NCBI GenBank assembly: GCA_015680685.1 | Contig: MNCI01001600.1 | Coordinates: forward strand, 68,233-132,232 | Length of the DNA stretch: 64,000 bases | From: Gnetum montanum | Taxonomy: Eukaryota; Plantae; Gnetophyta | Direction of reading: 5' to 3' | Part shown: piece by piece, positions 1 to 13,100 of the stretch | Layout of the letters: every line of letters starts with the position of its first letter | How positions within the stretch are numbered: position 1 is the first letter of the stretch | Made by a program: the position numbers and the translations under genes | The notes under the pieces: model-generated | The model's input: only the letters and a program-made list of their open reading frames with translations | What the model was told of the DNA's origin: nothing | Databases searched by the model: none

Positions 1-3000
1 TGTATGTAGCAACCACACAACAAGTAGTAGACACCCCATGGTTGACAGCTACTCGAAAGAGAAAACAAATATGCATGGAACGAATTGAGGAGAAAAAACA
101 TGCCAATAACAAAGGCATAGACACATTGGAATATGAGGGTCGCCAACTTTCCCCCCTTAATCTAAGATCATCAATTGGGAGAAGTTGGACATTTTTAAGA
201 AATTCAAACAGGCGCTCATTATTTCGGATCTCTCCCTTTCCACTTAGTCATGGGGGAGATGGCCACCTATGCTAACCATATGGGGCCCTCGGTTCTTTTA
301 AGTTTTTGTTTTACAACATTTTTTTTTTACAAGTTTTTGTTTTACACGTTTTTGTTTTACACCATTTTTATTATACACATTTTTGTTTTACAAATTTCTT
401 TAAATTTTCTTGTTTTTATTTTGCAACATCATTATACTTTTTCATTTTTTGTGTGTTTTTGTGTGTGTGATCCATCCTGTAAGTTTGTCACCCAATAAGT
501 GTTCTCTGCGATGGTATGAACTGTTTTTCATTGATTGCTAATGTTTGGTTTTTACCTTTAAGTCACAATGTTGATACTCAAGTATGTTTCTTTTGATATG
601 ACAGGTAATGAGTTCACTTCATCCATCCATCCACCAATTTCTATGGTCTCTCTCGACTTGGAAATGTATAGTCTCCTTCTAATAAGAACTTTAACGAATC
701 GGTGACTAAGCATTTCTCAAACTAAGGAAGGACTCAAGGTTTGAAAAGGGTGTGACTTCAAGGGAACTTGATGCTTTTGTGTTGGCCATTCTCTTGGGTG
801 CTTGGATGTTTTCTTTTTGATTTTTCTCATCGTTCTGATGTTACCCCAATTATCAAAAGATGAGACAATAAAAATAAAAAGTTTTTGCATGGTGTGGTTC
901 TCACGCATAAAAACACAAAATAAAAAAAACTAAGTGAGAATTCAAAGCACACCCCTTAGACGAAATAAACTTGGGCTACAAGCACTGGTGATGGAACCAA
1001 AAGTGTTCCCTCTAACTAAGGCCCTTCTCGCTTCCCATTGTCTCCTTTGTTTCATCGGAATGGTGGTGGCTCTTTGGAGATGCATCCTTGTTATCCAAGT
1101 GGATGGTTTAGCCGAATGCAATGATATGAAGTCACTGGATGTGGTTGGTTTGAGGCCAGACATGGAATGGGATTTGCTGAGTCACATTAATCATGAAACA
1201 CACAAGGGGCTGTACACCACCTTGTTCTTGGGATTCCATTCCATTCTCTTCTCTCCATCCTTCTCTCCATTGTTCACCTCATTGCCAGTTGTATCATTAG
1301 TGTATATTTTGGTTGACGCATTGTTTTCTTTTTGGTAAATTCTTGTGGTTAAGACTTTAACTCTTGTTCCAAATGACATTCCCAGAGCCTACGGACTCTT
1401 TGAATGTGGGTTTGTCAGGGCATTAAAGGCATGAGCCTGCTTTGGGGAGGACCCACTGACATTCCTAGTTGGTGCACCAGTTAAATTCTTTCCCTTAACA
1501 TTTTTGCAACCCATTTTATTTTTTTCATTTCCATCTTGACATCCACTTTATCGATGTTACCGTTGTCCCTTTTTATCTATCTTTCTTACTCCTTTTCTTT
1601 CTCCATTCTAGCACTATCGGAGGTTCGCGATTAGTCATGGGGGTATGGGGCCCAATTTTTTTGATTTTCTCTTAGCCCTAATTTTTTCAATTTTTTCCTA
1701 ACCCCTACACCTTCGATAGCCATCAATATTATATCTCTAGACCTGTATCAACCATACCACAACTCAGCCAATGAACTTACACCGAAGCAAGGTATCAATT
1801 ACATGATGATTCATTTACCCTTGCTAATATACGATTGTGTTGTGTGTGCAGATGGAAATCATGCAACAACAGATTGAATCTAGAGGGAACACTTGGAATG
1901 GGGCAACGCTGGAATCAGTTATGCAAGGAGCAAGATCGATGGTGCACTCACCGATGGACAACGAAAGGTGAAATCTTGGCGTTGGCAATAGCAACACTTC
2001 TTTCTCTCTCTCTTTCTCAGCTGCCAACTAAGGCCTGATGTCAATGTAATAAGGTGTTCACCCTTGTTGTCATGAATACTAGTTTTGTCCAGTCTTGTAA
2101 TGATGATCCGTTCACATGTCATTCCATTAGTTTCATTCCCTCAATAATTCCAAACCTTCACGATATTATTGTAAGGAACTTGAGGATGAGTTTTCATTCA
2201 GTCATGGGGGTATGATGAGACACAATTCACATAGGCCATGATATCGCGGTCGTCACGATATCGCATCCCCTACGATATCACGTACACGTTATTGCGTCAT
2301 TCCCTGCGATATCACGTACGCGATATCACAGTTCGTCTCCATATCTATAAATAAGAGGCAGCTCTCCCTTGTTTTCTCATCCTGGGCTAAAAGTAGGGAA
2401 ACTTTGGCAGTTTGATCACTCCAGAGATAGAATATTTTGCATGTGCCCACAGTAGGAGTCCTAAAGTGAATAGATCTTTATTCGAGCAACATTGTACTTG
2501 AACACAAGTTGTGTACGGCAATAAAGAAGAACTTCCTGGATAAACTTTGCAGTGCATGGAATAGGATTTTATTTATTGTTTTCTCTCTCACCCTTAAACT
2601 CCTAGAATGCGGTATGAGTATGACTTGATTACGAACATCTAAGGATGTGTATGATTAGTCAAGGAATCAGCTGCTCATTGCAATGCGGTATGAGTATGAC
2701 TTGATTACAAGCATCTAGTGTGACTACTTGGTAACCTAGTGGCATATCCAAGATCTATGCTTGGTAATCCTAGTGGCAGTCATGCACAAGGATGTGTACG
2801 GTTAGTCAAGGAATTGGCTACTCATTGCACTTAGGCTAGATTAGATTCTCTCAACCCTTTCCTCCTAGTTAAGTGCCTCAGTATGATCACTTCGAGCACG
2901 TGCATTACGTGTGGTAATCCTAGTGATGATTAGTGTTTGGTAGCCATGGTTGCATTGGTTCAGGGTGTGTATGGTAAGTGGGAATAGATGCTGATGCTAG

Positions 3001-3278
3001 GTAATTTAGACTTAGTTCATTAGTTAGAGTTAGTTAGTTTCTCAACCCTTCACCTCGATAGCATAGGAGAAAAACATAAAAAGACTATAAAAATCATATA
3101 CCTCAGACTTACTTAACCATACACCATGACAATTACAAGTAAGTCTGGGAAGACAACGAATGATTAACCCCAAGTGTTCCATGGGGTGTGTAGGCACTTA
3201 GTCTAAGGATTTCGACTGGATCACGTGTGCTACACTCGTTTTGTATGGTTGAGCGTAGGGGTACCTCGCCACTCATCA
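1..3278 (+). mobile_element. 3' part of non-autonomous Athila-like LTR retrotransposon, family A, copy 1
   Basis: 1-2212 is colinear with ~48235-50527 of the full copy; PPT-like GTCATGGGGGTA precedes the LTR; no RT/RH/INT. Confidence 0.9.
2213..3278 (+). repeat. 3' LTR of family A copy 1 (1066 bp)
   Basis: TGATGAG...CTCATCA termini; matches 36452-37311 and 50528-51322; TATA-like TCTATAAATA near 2344; extra duplicated block ~2600-2840. Confidence 0.92.
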
Positions 3279-3599
3279 CCTATACATGGTAGCCGTAAAA
3301 TAGGAGGGTACCTAGTGGCTAACAACTAATTTTAAAAGTAGCACACTTTGTATGGAATCTACTAAGAGCCTAACTTGTGCCTATGTTAAAGACATGGATG
3401 AATTGGAGCAAGTTCAGTGCCAACTCTTTGATAATGAACCTAATGATGCCAATTGAGGAGAGCTAAAAATCCCTAACAATTTTAAATAGGATTCCTTAGA
3501 GTTGAAAACTCTACCTATCAACATGGAATATGTATTTTTGAAAAATGGCAAGCTGGTAATAATCAATGCCAACCTTGCTCTTGAGTAGAAAAGGATGCT

Positions 3600-5270
3600 A
3601 TTGAAGATGGTCAACAAATGGCCAACAACCTTTGTTTGGCCATATCCTGAACTCATAGGGATTGATCCTCAAATATGGCAACATCACATCTATATCAATC
3701 TAACCATGAAGCTAAAGAGACAAACAGAGTAGCACTAAATCCCAAATTGAAGTAGATCATCAAAGAGAAAATTGAGCAACTCCTCAAGGTAGGTTTCATC
3801 TATCTAATTATGAATAGTGAGTGAGATAGCCCACTTGTGATTGTGAGAAATAAATATAGCTAGTGGTAGGCTTATATTGATTTTAGGCTATTGAACATGG
3901 CAACATTCAATGATCATTTTCCATTACCATTTGTGAACCAAGTGTTGGACACTATTTCTAGGTAATACTATTATAGCTTTCTAGATGGTTATAATGGCTA
4001 TAACTAAATTCAGATCATGCCTGAGGATCAGGCAAAAACAACAATCGCAAGTCCCTAGGAGACTTTTACATATAGAAAGATGCCCTTTAGTCTATGCAAT
4101 GTCCCTGCAACTTTCCAACACTTGGTCCTGAGCATTTTTCAGTAGTAGATTGGTAGTGGGATGGAAGTCTTCATGTAAGACTTCTCCATCTATGGTACCA
4201 CATTTAAGTAAGCCCTGAACTACCTAGAGCAAGTACTTAAAAGATGCATGGAGATCGATCTTCAACTCAATTAGTAGAAAATCCATTTAATGATCCAAGA
4301 GGGCATTATGCTTGGGCATAGAATTTCTTAAGCATGGATTAAGGTGGATCCTAAAAAGATTAGGATCATCCGAGGAATAACTTGCCAACCAAAAATTATT
4401 AAAGATGTTTAGTCATTTCTTGAACACACTGGCTACTACTAGCAATTCTTAGGAAAGTTCTCTAAGATCACTAAATCATTGGTTGAGCTCACAAAGAAAG
4501 ATGCTTCATTCATATGAACTAATGAATGTGAAAAGGTATTCTACTAGCTTAAGAAGAAGCTTATAGAAACTCCAATTCTACGACCACTTGACCAGTCTAG
4601 ATCATTTCACAACATGACTAATGCATTGAACTATGCCTTGAAACTCCATCAGTCAATCCAACAGTTGGATGATAAAAAATGTTCTTACTACTTTGATTGT
4701 GTAAGCCAAAGAATTGTGAGTACACAACTTAACTACATCACAATAGAAAAAGAGTTGATGGCAATGATGTATGCCTTGGAGAAATTTAGGCACTAGTGCT
4801 TGGCTACAAGGTGTTTGTGCACATGAACCATAGTTTCATTTGCTTCCTCATGAACAAGCCAATGGTGAGCCCTCATGTCATACAATGGTTGGTGAGCCCC
4901 CATGTCATACAATAGTTGGTAAATCGAAAGGAAATTAAAAACATGGTTGCTGATCACTTGTCTCGATTACGATGGAACAACAAAGAGGAGGAGTGCTCAC
5001 TCTTTGATCAATTTCCTGATGAACTTCTCTTTGCTAATGTAATAAATGAACAAGTTCCCATTGAACTAAAATGGTACAGTGGCATATTCACTTATCTTCT
5101 CACTCAAGACATGCCATAGGACTTGAATCACTAGAATAAACAATAGTTTCTTCATTAGGCCAAACACTTCATAGAAATTAATGGACACCTTTACAAGGTG
5201 TGTGTTAATGGCCTAGTTTGTTGGTGTGTTCTTGATGTTGTTCAATTATACATTCTCCAAGATATTCAAT
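3600..5270 (+). pseudogene. Degenerate gypsy pol (RT, RNase H, start of integrase region)
   Basis: ORF fragments 4614-4796 and 4916-5119 plus manually read RT motifs; many stops. Confidence 0.85.
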
Positions 5271-5659
5271 TTTTTATAGCTTAAAACCTTCCAAAGCCTG
5301 TTAATTTCAAATCATTTATCTAATTCACTCTATTCTTTAGTTCTGCAACTTACGAAGGTAAGCTCTATGTCTTGAGGGCCACAAACTTTAGGTTTTCAAT
5401 GAACAAATTTTTCAAAAATTTTTGAACTCCCCTATGAGTTTAATGAATTAATAATATTAAAATACTAAGTAATGATAGTTAAACCCTTTTAGCACACTCC
5501 AATAACCTATTTTATCAAGTAATAATAAAATAATATTAAAATAATCAAACCAACCATGATCAAAACTTAGCCAAGTGTAACTATCCCAAGAAATAAGGTA
5601 TTCCAAATGTTTCAAAGTTACACATTAAGTGCTAATCCTTGGTCATGTTGTGATTACAA

Positions 5660-7400
5660 ATGGCACCTAGAACAAAATGCCCGCAGGGAGGAGAACCATC
5701 CCAACTAAGAAAAAAATGACCTAGGGTAAGAAGAGATCAGCAAGAACAAGCCCAAAAACATACAATAGAAACTTATGTAATGGGACCTCTTTGGGAGGAG
5801 TCCAAAGTGAATTCTATTTGATAGATTTTTAAAGAAGTAGTTGAAATTGAACAATCCCATTAAGATGAGGCATGAGGACTGGTGCCAAGACTTAAGGTCA
5901 CATTGACTCGAGCCTACCTTAATCAAATCAAGCCTCGTGGCATCCAACATTTAGTTCTCCAAGAATAGTTAGCAGCAAATTGAGCATAGCCTAGCATGAG
6001 GAGTTGCTAGACCAACTAGTGAGAACTAGGTAACCAATTTCAGATATCTTCGTTCTTCCAGATAGAATCACTGCAATCCAATCAAAGGTGCAAAAATTAA
6101 AGAGCAAGTGCATTATATTGGAGGTGCAACTCAAAAGAGCCCAAAAAAAAAACCAATGCTTGGTTGCAGCTTTTGCTGAATTAAGAGCTCACCTTGCTGA
6201 TCCTACATTTCTCAACCCTACATTAACACATGATGAAGCTTTCAAATAGCTTTAAGAGAAACTCAAAAAGGTTGAGGATGCCAAGGATACAGTGGTCTTT
6301 CATCAATCCTTGGTCAATGCCACAATTCATAATATCCAAAAGGGCTTGAACCAAAATCACTAGGAGAATGTGATTCTAACTACAGAGAATCATTACTTGC
6401 AAAATGTTGATGAGCAAAAGTAGCAGATTGTAGATTTCATCCATCAACAGCAATAGTAGTTAGCTAGAGTAAACACTGAATTGAGAAGGCTAAAAATTAA
6501 AAATAGAAATCTCTCCATGGAGGAAGTCCAAGCTCTTCACAAAAAATCTACAATAGAGATAGCCACCTACAAAAATTAGGATCTCAAATTTGAGGGAGTT
6601 AAAAATCACTGCAGAGATCAGGTTAGTTTACAAAAAGAGATCAATGAAAAACACATGTAGATGATGAAGGCGAAAGTTAATGAGGCCCTCCAGTAGCTCA
6701 AGGAAGGAGGTGATGTGTGGTAGAGTATCTTTGATGGGATCAACAACTATAACAAAGTGAAAATACACATGAAGGAGCTACAAATCGAGGAGATGATGGA
6801 GTATATGGAGCTTTCCAATCTCCATTATGTAAACCTAGAAATGCTGACTATTAGACAACTATGGTCAAAATTGGATAAAAAAGTGGTTAGGTCATACTTG
6901 CTATATAAGGTAAAGTTTAAAACCCATAAGGAGATTAAGTAGAAGCTTAATATTACTAATATTGAACTCAAGGTTCTCAAGGCATGATTCATTGATCAAA
7001 AATCAACTAGTAAGAACTTACCCAAAATGATGAACGACTACCAAGAGTTGTAATATGCTCTCAAGCATTCAATGTTGAATGTAAACGTTTTGCTTCTTAG
7101 TTTGTCAACATAAAGGAGTTTTTCTTGGTAATGTCTTGTCCTTGGGATGTTCCCACACCCACCCACATTAGCAATGCTATGTGAACCATGCATGATTTTA
7201 GGTGTAAGGAGGAGAAGATCAAGGCATTGTTGGATGCCTTCCATCTTCCACCAAAGGTTATAGCTACTATAGGCCAACCACAATCACCTCAACCATCATG
7301 AGCACTTGAAGAAGGAGAAGGTCCTTTGAAGCCTCAAGAACTTCCACTACTTAGGATTGTTTGAGCTTCTTCATCATCTTCACAAAATCAGACCATTTTT
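5660..7400 (+). pseudogene. Decayed extra ORF downstream of pol in element E (env-position, coiled-coil-like)
   Basis: ATG at 5660 (MAPRTK...), K/E/Q-rich remnants such as ORF 6757-6942, between pol and the 3' LTR. Confidence 0.5.
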
Positions 7401-7606
7401 TTAATCAGTTTTATCATCTTCAAATCAAAAATTTTGTAATGATTGTAATTCTGTACACTATGGCACTTAGTGTTTGTTCATGTATGTGTTGTGTTTGTAT
7501 GTGTTAATAGTTAGTCAATAATCCCATACGTTTCCAAAAATTTTGTAAGAAGCTTGTTCCTTCTTTTGTTCATGCAAGGACCAGTTTTCATTCAGTCATG
7601 AGGGTA

Positions 7607-7912
7607 TGATGAGTCACGTCGAGGATTAGTTAAATATTAGCAAGTTAAATTAAATTATCAAGTAAATATATTTAATTCTTTATTCTTTATTCTTAGGCAA
7701 CTTAGAACATAAAACATAAAAATGATAAAAATTATATGCGTTAGTTGCACTTAACCATACCTTTGCATTTCATAAGTGTAATTGTGAAGACAACAATTGT
7801 AATGGTTAGTTTCACTTCATATAGACCAATGTACTTAGAAGGCTATAAGTCCACAAAATTCAACTCAATCACACATGAATGGTTCAACATAAGGTATACT
7901 TGTTGCTCATCA
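7607..7912 (+). repeat. Internally deleted 3' LTR of element E
   Basis: TGATGAG...CTCATCA termini after the PPT; ACATAAAA...CTTAACCATAC block shared with family A LTRs. Confidence 0.75.
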
Positions 7913-10158
7913 ACATCTGTTCAAGGAGAAAATCGATGTTTTCTAGTATCACCGCATCATGGTTCTTCCCTACACTTCATCAAAATTGATGAAATTCTCA
8001 CTCACCTTCATGCAGAAAAAATTAATAGCAACAACTAAAATTTTTGAATGAAAATGGATAACCCTAATATGTAGCAGTGTTAGAAACATAGCTAGGGTAA
8101 AGCCAGAAAATCAGAGAGGCAATTCAATGCTTAATGATGTTTCAAACCAGCTAAGAGAGGGCCAATTGCAAACCCTAAATAAATGATTTGAAATAAATGA
8201 ACAGTTCAAATTTCAATGCCAACAGCAATGGTAGAGGTGATGTCAACACGGAGACCATGATTAACTAAAGAGATGACTTGTACTAACTACGATGGTGCTA
8301 GGAGTTTCGATGGTTGTAGGATAAAGATGAGACAATAGGTGGAGCTCCATGCATTTCAAACAACTTTGCAATTGCAAAAACATACATCAACATGCCAAGG
8401 ATGTTGGATGAAGCTATGGTTTCAACATGTGCTTGCTAGCCAATGGTGACACCACTCCTACATCAATTACATGTCCATGAGCAACATGGCGATGAGGACA
8501 GTGTCGCAGCAGTAACATAGAAATAGCAAACCCTTACACCTAAGCAACACCAAAAAATCATGTTTCATGTTTAGAAAATTTTGGATGAAGAATTATTAAA
8601 AATATTAGATATACCATGGAGGCCATAGGTTACAATATAATTTTGAGAAGATAATACATGTGCATATAGCAATGGCTATGCAAGTCTATGAAGCTTTCTT
8701 TAGCCTAAGTTAATTTTGATATGGAGGATGTATAAAGAACCTAACCAAATTTCCTAAATGTGTGCACTTGAAAAGACACTTGCTAATTGAGGCATGTATT
8801 TCTCCAATATTTTTTGTAACTCCTCATGTGACTTTTATGATAATTTTTTACCAAGGGAACACTTGGCAACCATAGCTCAAATTTCTCATAATCCCCATGG
8901 AAGCCTTAACTCCTAAGGTAGTTAAATATTTATATTCCTAAGATATTTGTAAGGTTCTTAACTCCTCATGATTATTATAACTACCTTAAGGATCCTATAA
9001 AATGACCTTAAAAGGTAGATTTGGGGGAAGATTGGGGAAAAGAAAATTGAAGATTACTTGTAATATGTCATGCTAAAGACATTCATTTAGCTACTTTGTT
9101 TTAATCCTATGAGTTCATTTCTTTTCATTTTGTTTTGGTTGCTTAGCTAATGGTTTAGATAATATCGTACTTGGCAAATAATTTTGGGATTTCTCCTTGG
9201 TTACTTTTATAGCTTTGTTTTTGCACAATATTAGACTCCTATTAAGATTCTCCATAGAAGAGCTTATGTTGTTGAAAAGCCTTAAGAGAAATTTAATAGT
9301 AATGTCTTAACAAAATTTCATATTTTGAGCATAGAGAATCTAGAAAAATATTCGATGTTTTCATGGGATTGAAATAGCTTCTTTATTTTCTAAAGTGTAT
9401 TGCCTTGGTATTTCAATCAAGAAATTTTCAAATCTTTTTGAAAGCTCTGTTGAATGTAATCTTTGACATCTATTAACTAGCCAAAATAAAGAATCACACT
9501 TTGTTGTTTACACAATGAATTTTGATAGTATGATAGGATTGTCTCTATGAAATTGCTTGTTGACTCAAAACATTTGAACAATTAGTAGTTATTGAATTAA
9601 GAATAGCTTTATTATGAATTGTTTACTTATATTAATTTATTTTACTTAAATATTTGATATTTCACATAAATATACTTTCTTTTCTTTATCTTTTCAAGTT
9701 TATTAAATGTTGCTCTATTTGTAGTTTTCTTGTGGAACTTTCTCTCTAGGAGAAATTAGGAGTAGATTGGTAGAATTTTACTCAAATGTTTTTGCAAAAT
9801 TTTATTTTTTATACGTAGCATACTATAGGAACTATATAGACTAAGTAATTGAACAAAATTGAACTCTTCAACAACTCATAATATTTAACAAAGTTAGTTG
9901 AATCTCTTTTATGATTTCCAATTATAGTTTTATACATAATGTAACCATTTCAACATTCACAATAGCAAACAAATACTCATGTCTAGTATGTTTCATAACT
10001 ACTAAGTTTATTTGGAGGTATCTAGGCCTTGGCGTTTCTAGAGACCAACAAGCACCTAAACACTATTTGAAGAACACCTTCGATCCCATGAATTCCCAAG
10101 GTCACAAGACCCGGAGGCCATCCCACGTTGGTGGTCACATCCCAAACGATCACCAATA
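7913..10158 (+). repeat. Old partial copy of family B LTR
   Basis: 3' end (AGTTTATTTGGAGGTATCT...CCCAAACGATCACCAATA) and 9070-9900 match 41340-41500 and 46400-47066. Confidence 0.8.
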
Positions 10159-13100
10159 ACTTGCTCTATCCTTATGACCAAAATATTGATCACTAGTGTT
10201 AATCTTTTTATTACCTCAGTGCATGCTAGTTTCTCTACTTGATCTTTCTTTGGATGCACTGATTTGGAGATCTCAGTATATGATGCATTTTGGGCCTTCC
10301 TAAGAACATCATTTGTGTATCCAAAAATTCTTACTTATCTACATAACTTTCTAATTAGATAGAAAAATGGAAGTCTATGTTTCTTTGTTTTCTTCACCTC
10401 AAATCTTCTTTGAATCTCCAAAAATAGTAAATAAGTAATGTTTGCTTGAAATTTTCCCATTAAGATAGCACTTCCTCTAGTAGCAGATGTTGAAATTTTG
10501 TTCAACCTCTTCATAGAAAAAATATGATATGTCCTATCTTCACATAAATCTTCTCAATAGTGGATAATCCACTGTATTCATTTTCAATTGTCTCATAAGC
10601 TTTTTACAACTAAAGGTTCCTTGCATCAATGTCAAATCCTATAGAAATCTGTGCACTATTGGCTTCAACATGTGGCAAATTAAGAGCTCTGGCAATGACA
10701 TCAATTATATATGTCACTATAATACCTTCAATCTTCACTATTGCATCATCTAGCCCATTATGCCTAAATTGGTATGTCTTCCCTAGGTATCATTCACTAT
10801 TGCTAGATGTTGTGTGCTAAAAGGTTGATGCTTGTAGCTATTTTTACACCTCTACAAGTGAAAAATCCATGAATGGACTAAAGTGAAGTTCCACAATGAT
10901 AGTGGACATGATGAATTTATCATTTATGACTTAGAAATAATGATCTATAAGTGTTAAGTGTTGGCTTAGTTCTAGAGTAGGCGGTGGTTTTGTAGCTTCT
11001 ACCTATGTATGCTATCATATTGTTAGTGTAGGATATTGGATGCAATAGAATTGTGCTTCCTACTCCTTAGCAAGAGTTTGATCAATGCATTGTCCTTTAC
11101 ACCTTGCCTTATGTATTTTCTCCTTGGGATATGATGGTCCACTAACTTCAAGTACTCGATTTGAGAGCATCTATAAGCATAAAGAATTCAAAGATAACCC
11201 AAAAATTCTAAAACAAATTCTTAATATATTATAACCTCTAGTCGAATTTTGGGGTTTTATTAGAAATTTAAAGCATAGTTAACTTTATTTTTTATTTGGA
11301 TTATAGTGTTATGAATTCATCAAATTTTGAGAAAAGCCCCAATTTCAAAAAAACCCTTATCTGAATAAATTTTTGGTCATTAAAATATTTGTAATATCAA
11401 AAACCTATTGCTTATTCCTGATCATTAATTAAGAAAATTTCAAAATATTCCTTAGCAAAGAATTTGGAATTTGTTAGCTTAGATCAAAATTTTTTTCTTT
11501 TTCAACATATTTAGTAAAGCCTAGCCTTACCTTTAATTGATAATCCATGTGTTAGCAAAAATTTATAAGTTTGTGCAATGTTTTCCCCACATTAGAGATG
11601 CTTACTTTGAGAGGTAAAGGAATTGAAAATAGTGTAAATTGGGTTTGTCGAGATAAAGATAGGCAGATTTGAAAGTGCTCTCGTAGAAAAATGGCATGAA
11701 CCCCTCTTATGTTGTGATCTAAAAATGAAAATTTTGCTAATGTTTGGAGCCTATATATAGTTTTCTATAAGGATAATATTCAATATATGATATCGTCAAA
11801 GATACAATATCATACCTAACATAGTAACTTTGAAGTATGCAATTTTTTACTAGATTCTAGTAGAAAAAATCATCAAATTTGATATCCTAGAAGCTGTTAA
11901 GACTATTTTGAGAATGTTAAGTCATGGATGATGCTTTGAACAAATCAAAGTACCATAAAATGATGATAGGTAAGAAGTTTAGACAAGGCAAAGTATTGAA
12001 GCCCAAGAAGTGATTTTGTAAAAAAACAACTGAGTCAATTAATATACATGAATGTATAGGAAATTAATGAATGTTAGTAAAGTATATAGGAGTATATAAG
12101 ATGATATGGAATTAGATGCCAATTATGGAACATAATAGTTATACAAAACAATTGTCCCCCAAGCAAGATCCTATCCTTAATACCCTTGTATAACCATGCC
12201 TACAAGCATTCATGGACATTGAAGGAGTTGAATGTAAATCATATCTATCTTCCAAGACACACATGTTACTATTTCCCTAGTAAGAAAATAGCACTATGCC
12301 ACAAAAAATCATCAAATTATAAATATATAATAGTGAGATGAAATGATAATAATAGGGATTGCAAAAAATGGAACATGAGGTGTGTTACCATAAGCATAAT
12401 GAACTATCTATGTAATGCGTGCTTAAAGAGATTATTACCATATCTATCCAAGATCAAAACCAAGTCTATACCACTTACCAATGACATCACATTATATCAT
12501 CCAAAAACTTATGACTATGAGATCATAACAACTACAGAAAATATCATTGCCTGACAATAGAGAATAAGAGAGAAGTTAATTGATTAATTACTTAATGTCA
12601 AAGAAAACTTGATCATTGATTAGAGAACTACCTTCAATTATGAGTAACATGTCTTTCTAGCCCCATAATAAATGCTAATCCTACCATAAGAGTTCCTTCA
12701 CACATGGGTAACATGTCTTTCTAGCTACATAATGGAACTAGTTGAAGACACCTCCCCTTTTCTAAATTTCTGAAAATTAGCCTATCTTCAAGCATGGGTA
12801 ACATGTATTTCCAATGGTACACCTATGAATGTTTATTATGTGAATTTATTATTTAATATGTCATCCTTTCGAAGGACTACCTTTAGGCATGGGTAACATA
12901 TCTTTTTAGTAACATGAAAAGGTAACTCTTATTTAAGAACATCGTTCTAGTTGAAATTAGAACACAAGTAATGATACAATCTTATAGTGTAATTAGACCC
13001 ATAGAAGAAGCTCCGAGAATCAACAAATCCTCTTGATCACATACCCTTTTTATTCTCACTTGGTTCCTTACTTTTTCATTAAGGAATAATGATCAAAGGA

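Larger units (their letters stand above)
3279..7912 (+). mobile_element. Decayed Athila-like Ty3/gypsy element E (pol remnant, extra ORF, short 3' LTR)
   Basis: RT remnants (DHFPLPFVNQVLD, FLDGYNGY, MPFSLCNVPATFQ), RNase H (YITIEKELMAMMYALEKFR, NMVADHLSRL); 3' end shares TTTTCATTCAGTCATG.GGGTATGATGAG with family A. Confidence 0.85.

Noticed and set aside
250-498. Hydrophobic F/V/L-rich ORFs (also 48563-48856) as membrane proteins
   Set aside because: They are translations of the TTTTGTTTTACA minisatellite
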